DNA of 49,357 bases, from contig NMRA01000382.1 in NCBI GenBank assembly GCA_002633005.1, forward strand, positions 384,899 to 434,255, given 5' to 3'. A program made the translations under genes and the position numbers. The notes below the pieces were generated by a model. The model did not search any database and was not told the origin of the DNA. It saw only the letters and a program-made list of their open reading frames with translations. Shown in pieces: positions 1 through 12,755 of the stretch. Numbering within the stretch: position 1 is the stretch's first letter; every line of letters begins with the position of its first letter. Origin of the DNA: Phoronis australis (lineage: Eukaryota > Animalia > Phoronida).

Positions 1-948
1 CTTTTCTCCAAAATACAAGGTTTTTATGTCGTGTTTCGCAAGCTAATTATATGTTCCAAGAGCCCCCTATTGGCAGCAGAGGCAACTGAGAACATGCAAA
101 AGGACGAAGTGCAGTTCGTGTAATGCTTCGTACGCAAAAACTACATTAGAGGCAAGATTTTTTATTTTAGATTATGAACAGGTTAGGAATGACTAAACAA
201 ATTATTATAAAGTCAGTTTCAGGAAAGTTGCGTTATGGCTGCTACAGAGTGCCAAATTTGGCCGAAAATGGCTTCAGTGAAAATCTGAAAAATAGCCATT
301 TTTGCCTCACAAATTCAAAACGTAAAAATTTAAAAATGGATTTTAAAAGTTATGCCATTAAATTATTCAGCCACTACCCTTTCAATTCGTATTATTCATT
401 TGTTTTGACCTTACCACACATGCTAGTAAAATGCATTCAAACATGCCTACTTCGACGCCCAGTTTTGTTGCAAAATGGAGGTACAGGTCATAAAAAGAAA
501 AATAATGAATAAAAATTCTTAGAAAGTGAGGTTTTTCTACATCTCAACAAACCAAACTCATGTGCTAAGTTTTAAAAAAATCGGTGATTTTGGGTATAGA
601 CTCTACCTGTTGGTTTTTATATGGAGTCATTCTTAATATCTTGATGAGAATGAGCTGAGAAAAGCGAAGGTGTCTTTTTTCATGAAATTTTGTCTTGGAC
701 TCCGGATAACTATTTCGCAAAAATAAAGAAAACTCAGTCTATCAAAGGAATGAGGCAGCTGTGAATAAAACCATAGCTGCTACATTCTAGGAAATTTTGT
801 ACAAATATATTTCCAGTCAGTGATGTGCTGATAGTCACATGACTAAACCTGTCTTTGATAATTTTGAAGTGGGAGTGTTAGACCAATTTCTGTTTTAGTC
901 TCTACACTTTTCGAGAAACGGGCACACCTTGTCCTTATGCATTTTCAG

Positions 949-1017
949 GTCGCGGTGGTGCCTCTATCTATGGCAGAGAATTTGAAGATGAAATCACCAG
1001 AGATCTCAAGCATACGG
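949..1017 (+). CDS. PPIL1: Penultimate coding exon of peptidyl-prolyl cis-trans isomerase-like 1 (cyclophilin); upstream exons lie outside the window
   Basis: ttttcAG acceptor (947-948) and GTATGT donor (1018). Translates (G)RGGASIYGREFEDEITRDLKHT(G), the cyclophilin GRGGxSIYG..FEDE..LKHTG segment. It is phase 1 at both ends and joins in frame to 2953. Confidence 0.93.
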
Positions 1018-1837
1018 GTATGTAATTTTAAATATTAAACACTGTGACAGCATTTTGTAATTTACACCTAATGCTATAATAATGGCCTCAACGTGTGTGC
1101 TACAGATTTAGAAGTTATTTATGGCTTATAAAAAACAAATTAATAAATACTTGTTACTGAAGACTAAAGGGATTTGAACTTAACAGCCTGTCACCATGGA
1201 AGCAATGTGTCACTAATTCTAATGGAAATGGACTGGTTCTCTGTTGAAATGGTTCTTATTAAGTTTAACCCATAACAAACTTGAAGATTTTTGGAAAAAT
1301 ACTGAAGAGCCTTATTTGGAATTTGTGCTGCCGTCTGCAGCGCCCTTACTCAGCCATGTTTTTTCATGCGTCCGAGAAGATTAATTAACTTTGTCGGCAT
1401 CTTGACTTCTATTCTTGAAATCTTGTAATTATAATTATCATTTTTCGGATTAAAAACAGAGAACATATTGACATCGTGTCCATGTTTGTCACATTTGGCA
1501 CACATGCACAATGATTCACAAGGTGTCGCCATGGGGACGTGTTCCTGAGGGGTGCTCTTTCTGAAATCTTTGGTGATGCCCCAAGTATGCATGGGATAAT
1601 GTAGTACATTTTCCATTAATGTATTGTATGACAAGAAGTGGTTCTTGTCTTGGATAGAAGTAACAGGTCGTAATTGCTAAAGTATGCATGGGTGTGTTGG
1701 AATTCATGTGGGCGACATTTTACGTTAACTCAGTTTCAATGTTATAGGCTGTCCCGAGTAACCAGGTCATCTACTCTGGATGGTCGAAATTTGTGTCAGA
1801 GCAAACTGGAAGTCTCCAGCAAATGAAGTGCCATCTT

Positions 1838-2351
1838 CAGGGCTTGGAATTTTCCGCGGAAACGCGGATTTCCGCTTTTTTCAAATGTGCTTTCCGCTTT
1901 TTTTATAATATTTCCACGTAAAAAAATCGGATTTGAAATGAAATTTCCGCGGAAAATTCCTTTCTTACCGCGGCGTTGCAGACGACGTTCACCTCGAAAA
2001 GCGGAAGTTGCTCTTTATGTTCGGAGGAACGTAAATTGTCAACATTGCCGGGGCATCTGGGATAGCATGGTGTGATTTTCAATAGCGTCTTGTGCTATTG
2101 TTAGGCGCGGCGACAAATACTACCACTCCGCAGCCAAAAATGTGTGGGTTGGGAGTAGACGGGCTAGCTAAAAGGATGCATGCTACTGAAGGTGGTAACG
2201 TTTTTTTGTTTTTTTTTTTTTTGTTTTTTTTTAGTCCTCGCGATTTTTGTCGGGGAAAGGTTCCCATTGACCAGTTCTAGGGTGGTTATCGGGCGATGAT
2301 TTGGGCCGTAAAAGTTTCCGCGTTTTTTGTCATTGGTCATTCCAAGCCCTG
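1838..2351. mobile_element. Non-autonomous hAT-like DNA transposon (MITE) in the PPIL1 intron
   Basis: Perfect 13-bp TIR CAGGGCTTGGAAT ... ATTCCAAGCCCTG. Flanks catctt / catcgt form a near-duplication. The interior is CpG-rich with repeated ttccgc/gcggaa subterminal motifs. Confidence 0.75.
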
Positions 2352-2952
2352 CATCGTATGCACGTGTGCGTTAAGCATTTCCATTAAAAATTCAGTTTGC
2401 CCTCTTTAGGTAGCTTAGAAATATACAAATATTAACACTGAATAAGGTCTTTTACTCTCAAAATGTGTGCTCAAAATTTGCGATGGGATTCTATTTACGT
2501 TTCCAACAAGAACATGGAAACTCCCAGCGACTCATGAAAACTATTCAAGGCTTATTTGGTTTGGCCAACCCTGATGTTGGCAATTCAAAATTGACACTTA
2601 TACATATTTCCTGTGACTAAAGTTTATTTTTGAATCGGAAACTTCTTACTATAGATGGCAAACTGCAGCTTTAAGATAATGTGAGATTTGTGCAACAAAA
2701 CAAATACTTTTGCTCCCACTTTTTGCTCCTCCGTTTGTTTGGTCTACTAGTACTCAAAATGAAGATAAAAGGGTGTCCATTTTAGTCACTGAAGCTCCTC
2801 AGATTGCATTGTTCTGATTTGGTGTTATGACATGTAAATGATATGGAGTGGAATGGGATAATGCTTGTTCCATGACTGAACACTAGATGGAGCTCTTGCT
2901 TCACAGCTTCAGCAGCTCCTGAAGCATCTTTTAATTCATTATCTTTCTTCAG

Positions 2953-3173
2953 GTGCCGGTATCCTTTCCATGGCCAACAGTGGTGCCAATACCAACGGCA
3001 GTCAATTCTTCATTACGTTAGCACCGACCAACTGGTTGGACAATAAGCACTCCATATTTGGACGTGTCAGTGAAGGCATGGAGACAGTGAAACGCATAGG
3101 TCTAGTGGAGACGGACAATAACGATCGGCCCACAGATGAGGTTAAGGTTGTCAGAGCATTCATCAACAACTAG
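2953..3173 (+). CDS. PPIL1: Last coding exon of PPIL1 cyclophilin
   Basis: tttcttcAG acceptor. Translates (G)[72 protein letters not shown]. The cyclophilin signature [16 protein letters not shown] is present, and the VETxxxDRPxDxVK ending is typical of PPIL1. Confidence 0.95.
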
Positions 3174-6100
3174 CCAGTAGTTAAGGACTTGAACTGTTGA
3201 AGAGGTCATGCTGATTGCAACGAAACATCTTTGCCTTGATATAAAATCACTTGGTCTACTGTTGATCATTGGTTGATTTCTTGGAAATTATTTGAATGCA
3301 GTAAGTAAATGCTGCATTAATTGGATCCAACCTGATTGAAAGTTATGAGTGAAATGTGTCTATCGAGTCCACAAACTACGACGACTCTAGCTTAGAGTCT
3401 CTAGGTTGGTACTTTGAAGATTTAAGTCAAGGTCTCTGATTCATGTGCAGCATACTTACAGGAGTTTTGCTGCAAACTTGAGTAATTCTTGTTCTATTCT
3501 TGAAATGTTTGATATATTGAAAGTGCAAGTTTTGTTAGGTGGTAACAAATGAAGTTAAGCTTTGCTGTAAATCTGAATTACCCCTATCCAGAATCTTGTC
3601 TAGGGTCCATCCCTTCTTTATCGTGTGCGTGGAAAATCAGTCCAGTTCAGGAGACATTATGTCGAAGGAGTGATTTTGTTCATGTTTTTTTTTCATAAAA
3701 GCCAAATACCACTAAAAAGGCTTCATCACTTTTAAATTGGGTAATTATTTTTGCTCTCTTATTCGAATATCTCCCAGTTCTGTCTTTAGGAGTATGCAGT
3801 TATTAAGAAGCAGTTGCCACTCTAGTATGTTTCATTGTCGACAATGTTGCTTATAAAAAGTTGTATGATATGCATTTGTTTGTAACAAAATACATGTATT
3901 GTATATTGTGTGTGCTGGTTCAATGACACTTCAAATTGTTGCTGATAAGAAATAGTGAAGCCTTCCCACAAAAGAGTAATACATGCTGAGTGGGATGTGG
4001 ACGGAGAAATTTAAAGCAAATTCGTTTTCTCTTCATGGCAAGGTTTCAATACTATTTATGCTCCTGGCTGTGGGGTTTATTTTCAGTGTCTCTCTTCAAT
4101 CGGCAAAATTCGTATTTTCAGTATGAGGTGTAGTTGTAATTTAATATGTTTTAAATACATGTAAATGGAACGACTGGAGATGTTGACTGTGATCACTTTT
4201 ATTTTCAATTAACATGATTCCTACACCAACTACAGCCTCTGATGGTACACTTATCTACTGACGGCATGCTGATGAATGTTCGAAAACGGGTGAACTGTGA
4301 ATGCCCTCTAAGGGTGTTACAATGGACTGCTGATGTGCCCCCTTGTGTAAATTGTATCTTCCGCGCTCCTCAACGGATTTTTATAAAATTTGGCTTATAG
4401 GCAGCTATTAGTGAGATGACGCTACCCTCCTGTTTTCGGATGGATTTGAAATATTTTGAGTCAGCTGGTGGCCATTTTTTCCGAGTCTGTGTTTTGGCTT
4501 CCGCCCCTCTATCAACCAACTGAACCACTGTAAGGATGATTGTGAAAATTGGCGTACATGCTGTTACCATGAAGAGTAAGACCGACAATGATTTTCCGAC
4601 GACTTCGACTACTGTAGCGCCTCCTAGTTGCAGTTTTGTTTTCTTTTTTGCGGCCGTGGCTGTATTTCCTAAACGATCTACAGGATGCTTACTAAATTTA
4701 GAAATTATCTATGAAGTTGACAACGGATGGTGACGACTTTCAGATCTGGCTACCAGTTTCCCCCCTATTGGCAATTTTGGGTTTTCGCTTTTACCTGTGT
4801 CAGCAAACGTCCTCTACGGATTTTCATCAAATATATGAGAAGTGATTGATGGCGTTTTCGTCTCAAGGTGTTCAGTTCTGCTAAAATAATCAAGAATTTT
4901 CTGATAGATCGTCTGAAAGGTATGTCATGTAATTAAAATGACTTGTTTTTCAAATTTCATCACACAATATCTTTGTAAATTCAAAATTTATTTCTTGCTG
5001 ATGTCAAACATATGGTAATACCTTTTCAGCTATTGTTTCTTTATTGTTCTGTAATGTCTATACGAGATGTGCTGAGATGGGTTGGTCGATCCTGTATTCC
5101 GAAGGACCTTTGATAGTCTCTAGTGCAAAGGAACTTTAGTTCGAAGGACTGTCAATCTGAAAGTGATCTAGGTGATGACATATTACAACAGAGCTTATAG
5201 AAGACTACTGTTTTAGTACATTTGAGCACAATTAAGAATTATTATGAATGCAAATGATAACGACTTTGTTTTGAAGATGCTCGCCTCTTTCGTCATTTTT
5301 CTCTTGCCATCTTAGCCCTGCCACCGACCAATCATGGTCATGGCAATATGGTTACCTGGCACTATTTCATGCTTGCTAATCAGATTTATTACAAGATGTA
5401 ATGCTCAGTGGACCAATCAGACCAATAGCCCTTCCGACCAAAGAAACTTCAGAAAATCAAAAGGAAGGCAAACTCGGTTTTGACTTATCAAAACATACAA
5501 AATCGACTTTACTATCCAGTTTTCTGTAACAAAATAACGGCGTGTAACTCTCGACAACTCTGAAAAGTTCGGCAAAATTTATACTCTTGAAAGTCAGCTA
5601 AACGGCCAAGCGCGACCTACGCTGTAGAGAATTACATGGCAACTGACTGGGAAAAGATCACCCACCAAGGATCAAAAGGCAAGATAGGGGTGTAAGTTTT
5701 TAGTAATTCCAGATCTTTCAAGTTTGATGCCAATGATGCATGAGCAGATGACTGGAGCAGGATTGGTTGAAATCATCAAAACATGGTTTAGTATCCTTTT
5801 TCAGTGAAGTCAAATTTTCACAAACAAACAAAGCACAATTTTCGGCTTAACACTCATTACAATAAAAGTCCTTCGGTTTACATGTACTCTTAAATCGTCT
5901 TTCCCTCTAACTCCCTTTTGGACTATCGACCTGCAGGAATGCTAAAGGGGACACACCTAACAGATTTGAACTACAAAGAAATCACAAATACTGTTTTTAT
6001 TATAATAGTTAATGTTATATTATTGTTTGTGTAAAATAGTGTATTTTAGTAAGAAAGTAGGATCCACGTCTGTGGTCTGAAGCTCCAGTGTTACCTCCAA

Positions 6101-7559
6101 TCCTTAGTGCGACAACACAAATTGGTTGCTCTAATGTGCAAACCTCGTAGGTAATACATGCTCCACTGTTGACAAATAGTTCACCATATGAACAAGACAT
6201 ATGCGTAAAGTACAACTAAAGATTTCATAACTAAATAAAAACCTCACAGGAATAACAGCTTTTGCAATGTGTGCAAGGATACCTGTCAAATGATTAAAGT
6301 TCTACTCTAAGTAAATTGTGAAAAGTGTAAAAAATTGAAACTAAGTAGATACCTGTCCGGCCTAAATTTAGGTTTAATAAAATATACAAAAAATGCTTAT
6401 AATTCCCTAAAATTAAGTCTTAGGTAGTGTAACAAAAGCTGTTTTATGACAGCTTTCACAATGCATTTATTATGAAAAAGAACATCCTGCTCAATCTTCA
6501 ATCTTTTATCATAGCAAAGTGTTGTTTGAAAATTTCAATTATATTTTCAGGCAATACATTGAATTAATGTCAACAAGAGTATGAAGTCTGGTAACTTTTA
6601 AGATAAAGGAAAATTTCCCAAACTATGCAATGATGCTGAGAGTGATGATGACAATACGACAGTAACCTCCATGGAGGTGGGAAAAGAGTCATTGGGATCT
6701 GTTTGTGATGCTCAAAGTGATGATAGCAGGACATTTGATAATGGCGTAGCGAAGTTACCAGGATCTGCCCTAATAATGATAGTGACAATGAATATCTTAA
6801 TTGTTTTTTTGTGTCTTAAGCAGTATAGTGCCACCTTCGTTCCTTAGGGTCTTCATCATCACCATCATCACTTCAACCACATCCTTTAAGAACATGAGTT
6901 TTGTTAATTAGACAATACAGGCAAATGGCATTGAAGTTTTTGCGGTTTAAACATCTTTATAAAAATAACTGATTTCAGTTATTGAGAATTGCATGAGAAA
7001 TTTTGTATGAAAAAAGCAAACACGATTTAACCTAAAACTGTCAAATTTTCTTTAATCACATTTTTAGTGGTAATTGTTACCAAGATGGTCGGATTCTAAA
7101 ATGTGATGACTGGAAGCCTGCTAAGATGCGCAAGATGAAACTGTTTGTACATGTATTTTTTTCTATGGCTGTATATGTATTCTCTATTTTTGGTGCCCAT
7201 CATTTGATTTTGAAGATAAAGTGGGTAATTATAGTTCACTATGTGCAAGTTCAATAAATGATTAAATGTTCATCTGTGAGAGTTTCTGTTGGCGAATTAA
7301 GCACGAATGTCATTCACAATGGTCTCAACGTATTAGTATAAGTGTATTTTTATCAAAGGTATCAAGTTACACCGTAGAGCCTGGCAGAGATAGTGTCATC
7401 TGCTCACGTTTCAGAATAATAAACACATAAAAGCATCATACATTTCTAAGTTTGAAAGTGTTAAAATCTGTTGTGGACGCATACATGTTATTAAAGTGGT
7501 CTTTGGAGAAGCGTATTTTTGCACATAAAGACTTTAACCGAATGTAACTCATATATACA

Positions 7560-7835
7560 TGTAGTTGCGGGGCTTGTATATTGGGTGGATTGTAAGAACA
7601 GTGGAAAACCGGGATATACAATACATGTATATTGGGGCATATCTTATGGGACATACAGTATAAAGTTGCGGGCCATATATTGTATACACTTAACGGGATA
7701 TATGTACTTGTGGGATATATATTGCACTGGGGTATATACCTAGTGAGGTATATATAATTGCGGGATATATATTGTTCCGGGGCATATACCCAATGGGGTA
7801 TATATAGTTGCGGGCTACATATTATATATATACCC
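7560..7835. repeat. Degenerate minisatellite (units like gcgggatatatattgt)
   Basis: About a dozen variants of (c/g)gggatatat(a/g)t/ggggtatatac at ~15-25 bp spacing. Confidence 0.7.
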
Positions 7836-7914
7836 CGAACAAGGTCTCAAAAATTTACCCCACTTCCAGGTTTCAGATTATAACCCCACATCTGCATACA
7901 AACATGTATACATG

Positions 7915-7935
7915 CACACACACACACACACACAC
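7915..7935. repeat. (CA)n microsatellite running into an assembly gap
   Basis: Direct reading. The N-run starts at 7936. Confidence 0.9.
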
Positions 7936-8127
7936 NNNNNNNNNNNNNNNNNNNNNNNNNNNNNNNNNNNNNNNNNNNNNNNNNNNNNNNNNNNNNNNNN
8001 NNNNNNNNNNNNNNNNNNNNNNNNNNNNNNNNNNNNNNNNNNNNNNNNNNNNNNNNNNNNNNNNNNNNNNNNNNNNNNNNNNNNNNNNNNNNNNNNNNNN
8101 NNNNNNNNNNNNNNNNNNNNNNNNNNN
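7936..8127. other. Assembly gap (192 N)
   Basis: Run of N. Confidence 1.
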
Positions 8128-8550
8128 CAGAGCACAATGAATTGTGTATAACGAGGATCTTTTACTGAGTTCACATGAACAGTGAAAACGATACCAGTTT
8201 CACAGTCTAAAACGCTGGCTAAAACGCGAAAATGCTTTCGCAGACGAGTATGCACGGGAGTTTTTTTAGAGTGTACCGAATGCTTAGAAAATGGTCCCGT
8301 CAATCCCATCCTACAGGAATTGATACCGACCAGAGAGAGACAGCACTGGCAGTTGACGACAAGGTCCAAAATCACTTACCCTGACTAGTGCACTCACAGT
8401 CACGAGACTTTGTCACACACATCGCCCACATTTACATGTGTGCTCTTCACAATCGGTGTGTGAGTGTGAAGAATTGTCCCTTCAGTTGCACTAAACTGGT
8501 CAGAAAAACCTAGGAAGAAAAACTATCGCTTAAGAATCTTAGATACTTAA

Positions 8551-10237
8551 AGGAGAATGCCACCCGATTTAATTAGTCTTTTTTACCGTCTTAATCGGTC
8601 TATATGCACATCGCCTCTTATACAGTCGACCTCACCTTGCCGAGAGGTGTCGCGTTAACCTATGAGGAAGGTGAGAAGCGACGCAGCTACGTCAGTGGTT
8701 CGTCTGCAGAGTGAATGCCGCTACATTGCGGTGCATCATTCCCGCTTGTCCGAACAATGAAGATGCGAAGAAAGCGGGTATGTCGTTTTTTCGACTTCCT
8801 CGAGAGCCCGAAATGCTTAGGAAGTAGCTCGCGGTAATGAAGTACGAGGCCGTGAAACATTTCCTTGTCTGTGGCCGGCATTTCGTCGACAGTGATTGTC
8901 TCTGACGAATTCCGGCTTACCAAAAAACTATCCATACCTTCCGTTGCCTATGCATGTTCACGGCCGTATTTCTTGATCGGTGTATTCCGGTTCGAACAGA
9001 TAGCCTGTGAAACCTAACGATCCGACCGGTGAAGTCTTCGTCGGATGACGCTCTTGACTAAGTCACCGGGATTGGCACCGGGCGAGTTGCCATGTAGACG
9101 TTGTTTCAAAATGAATTATTCTCATCCTAAAATGATTCTAACCAATGCTTATATGAGACTGAAACAAAGTCTGTCTCATTAGATACAATTTGTAATGCCT
9201 TGGAATGCTCGTGCATGAGTGCAAATGTTTTGAGAAGCCAGCAATGAATAAACCACTGCGTTACCGGCTTTTGATGCCGGCAACAAAGGTAATTGGCCGG
9301 GCATCGGTGCCGTGTGAGCGCATGCTAATTCAGTGTTTACTGACAAAAAGCTGTTGTGAAGCAATTACTCGATTTTATATCTATTGTCACATGTTAGGGG
9401 GATATTTATTAGAAATACAAATACATTGTTCAAATCATTGTTACTGTACGACCTTTGCCCTGAGGATCTGTGGAAGGGGAACCCGACTTCGCGTCCCCCG
9501 ACAAGCACCGGTAAGTACATTTTCAGTTTCGTGGCTAATTCACATAAATAATTACGTGTACATTATTTCTTTGGTTCACTATTATAGTTTTTTCGTGACT
9601 GGAGGTTTAGTTTCCAACTCAAGCTGGTTTATGGTCGTGACAGTCCCGGCGGCCGCGACGGACCTGATCGGGTTTAATTCCGAGCCACTGGCCAGGAAAA
9701 CGTGTCAGTCCGGCCGCGACGGGCCTGATCGGGTTCCGAGCCACTGACCGGGATAATGCAAGCGTTTTGTATGTTTAGAACTCAAAAATCACAAGTATAA
9801 ACAACACCAATCTATGTTCTCTTGTCTGTTTTTCACGGAAGAATACTTCGAATTTATCCCCGACTGACAGTCCCCAAACTCCTGCTACGGACCTTGGTAA
9901 ATTGAGCTGCCGAATTTTGTAGGTTACGGTGTGTCCGTAACAGCAAAATAAAACAACACGTTTTTATAAGAACTCGGTGTATTTTTAAGGGTTTTACCTC
10001 GAAGTTTTATGATTTATTGGTGTTAAACGATGAATTCAAGCGATAAGCTGACACCACTAACCCGTGTTGTGAACTGCTGAACAGACTGCGTGTGAAACCA
10101 ATTACGTCATTGGATAATTTCAACACCTCCGTCTGCCGTCAGGTGTCAGGTAACGCAACCGAGCGTGCCGTTATCGAGTAGAACTATTCGATCTAAATTG
10201 ATACAAAATAGGTTGTGTTTTCGGGTGGTATTCTCCT
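8551..10237 (+). mobile_element. Non-autonomous Kolobok-type DNA transposon, family 1 copy A
   Basis: TTAA on both sides (8547-8550, 10238-10241). TIR AGGAGAATGCCACCCGA versus reverse-complemented AGGAGAATACCACCCGA. Decayed THAP coding relic at ~8714-8890. Homologous along its length to 33703-35378 (inverted). TTAA TSD, RR..YY termini and THAP are Kolobok hallmarks. Confidence 0.85.
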
Positions 10238-12641
10238 TTAAAGCGTTTTAAGATTGTAGAGCGTAAAGATAAAATCTAAGATGTCGTGTATTCTACAATT
10301 ACCGAGGCGGGGCTCCAGGTAGGATTTAAATGGAACCATAGAAAACAAAAACAACCCTGATTAAGTTGAGAGCATCATAACAGAAATTGATGATTGAACT
10401 CGGATGACACTTTTAGAATGCATGGTCGCTGCAAGGAAAATTGCTTTGAGCTGTTAATTTACTTCTGCATGAGAGGTTATATAATAGTAATAGGTGTTTA
10501 TACATGAAATGAAATTTAAATGGTAGTTTAGAAAACTGCTACAGCTCTTCTTGAGATTTACATGTATATCAAATGAAGCTTGATAATAGCACTGACACCA
10601 TTGGTTAGATGTGAATATACCCTTTATTTTCGGAAAACTTTTAATAAAGAATGGATTGGTCACGTGACCCACCTTATAATAGAGTGATATGAAGTCTGTT
10701 TTCAGGTGTTCATCACTCAGAAAGTATATAGTTTTACTTAGTTACATTTGTATATGCATGTACATGTATTTAAGAAGTCCAACTATTTATCAAATGAGGT
10801 CCCAAATAAGCTAAACAAGTTGTTACTGAGCGAAAGGATATATTCTCAAAAATCACTTATGTAAGTGCTAGGAGCATGCTGTCGAGAGAATGTCCAGCAC
10901 TGAATCCAAAACTAACACTTTTCTTGCAGAGCTGTTGGATTTAGTATTCGTGACATTCGTGTATTGGCTGATTTTGACCTGATCACTGTCATGGGAGTCA
11001 AAGCCCTTATGTGCAAGGCTGTTGAAGACACCAGAAAAGGACATAGTTGACAGAACGTACACTCTATGGGGTTTCTCAAAAATTAAGGAATTCAACATAT
11101 CCATGCCTTTTTACCATGCTACAATCATCGTGAAAAAAACCGAAATGCCAATAATTACCAAAAAGTTAGGTTTGGCCATTTTTACCTAAATTTGCAAATT
11201 CACGACTGCCAGGAAGGAGAACATCATCTGAATGCATTTTTCACTCTAAATTCCAAAAATAAAATTTAAGTTAAAACATGTCATTACCTACCCGATTTTT
11301 GACAATTTCCACTCATCAGAAGGGTTCATGTACATGTACCTGTATTCGCGCCATGAATTCAGCACGCAACAAGGATGTGCTCTCAAAATGGGGGAACTTC
11401 CGTATCCTAGTAAACAAGAGCACAGGCCAAATTTCTGGGCTCAATTTACTCAAAACAACTTCAAATAACTACTGAATACCATTTCTACCATTCAATTCAC
11501 ATTTAATCCACAAAACTGCAGTCAATCCCGTTTTCTTCATTTTCGACTGGTACTCCTACTGTGGTCTAACATGCACATGTAGACCACGAGGCTGGAAGAC
11601 CTGGAACAGCCACTCTCTCTTGCATGCACGCACCCAGCCTAAAAATGGGGGGCTCGAATTTTTGGTAATGTGGACGTTTTACTAAAAAAGCGGGGAACAT
11701 TCACAGCTGTGAATTGAGCATTCGCCAAATTTAGGTAGTTCCTGTCTTGCCAGTAGACGTTTGTCTTGTTTTCTACTTTTTCGGAGTTTTTGTTTCTCCG
11801 TGGCGAAACTTTTTGCCCACGTCGCCAAACGGTGGCTCATTCGAGCCCCCGATCCCCCCTCCCCACATTGGATGCGTGCATGCGTTGCACAGCTCGTTCT
11901 CTTAGATCTCGTGGCTTGCAAGGTGGAAACGTCTAGCTGTCCCTACTGTCTTTACGGGTTTCTTCCACTGGCCTTTACCCGTCCGTCGGGCATGGTGGAC
12001 AGAGTGACCCTTCCCTTAGGACTCCGTCACGGCTCTGAATTGCGCTTTGCTACAGTTTGTGTTTCGAAGGTTGACTTAAACTGTCCTTTTTGGATTAGAT
12101 CTAGGAACATTATCACATATTACTCCCAGGATTCGATCTACTGCAACAGAGCAATCAACAATTTGTCGTGACAAAAAAATACCAGTTTTTGCTTCAAAGG
12201 TCTGCATTAATAGTAATCTCAGTAGTTCAACAATTTGTGCAGTTCTGACAAGTTTCGGTCCTGCAATGAGGCCTATCTAGATTCGATTTGGTGCAGCTAA
12301 CTTGTTGGTGTCCTACATGTAAATATGCAGCTATGTTTGAAAGATGTACCAAAGTGCCACACTCATGTACAGTACCTGAGAACGATAACAAGCCAGTTTT
12401 GTCATTCATGTTTACATGTAATTAGCAGTGGAAATTCCAGGAAGCCGGGGTAAATGCTGTAACTACCAATTGCCTTTTTCATGAACCGCAAATTTGTAAA
12501 GGTGTCTTTTGTCGGTGACACCTTTATCTCTCACTGGGTGAGAAACTTTATTTTGCGATGTCCATTTAGCCAAGTTATCAAGTGTTATTTCTCCCACGTG
12601 ATTTTACGCAATGTTATCACTACAGAGGGAAGAAAACAAAG

Positions 12642-12647
12642 TATAAA
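12642..12647 (+). promoter_or_regulatory. TATA box of the cysteine-rich repeat gene
   Basis: gTATAAAg 43 nt upstream of a caccATG start that opens a signal peptide. Confidence 0.6.
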
Positions 12648-12684
12648 GGTCGAGCGCTTTGGCAAGTTTGAACAACACATCACC

Positions 12685-12755
12685 ATGATACCATTGGTAC
12701 TTCTTTTACTGGTCAGTTCCCTAAGCGGAACACATGGTAATTACAGGACGTACAT
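12685..12755 (+). CDS. Exon 1 (signal peptide) of an 8-domain secreted cysteine-rich protein
   Basis: caccATG; MIPLVLLLLVSSLSGTHG-NYRTY(M) has a hydrophobic core and a T-H-G cleavage-type site. The perfect GTAAGT donor at 12756 is in phase 2 and matches the phase-2 acceptor at 17222 (AT|G = Met). Confidence 0.8.

Noticed and set aside
4268-4292. Hammerhead ribozyme core (CTGATGA..GAAA); also a partial ccgaaacgtt motif at ~41500-41525 on the minus strand
   Set aside because: No supporting stems I-III and an incomplete core.
7808-8375. ORFs spanning the N-run
   Set aside because: Artefacts of translating N and (CA)n.
11885-12050. Possible structured ncRNA in a GC-richer patch upstream of the TATA box
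   Set aside because: No match to snRNA, snoRNA or tRNA motifs that I can support. More likely a retroelement remnant.
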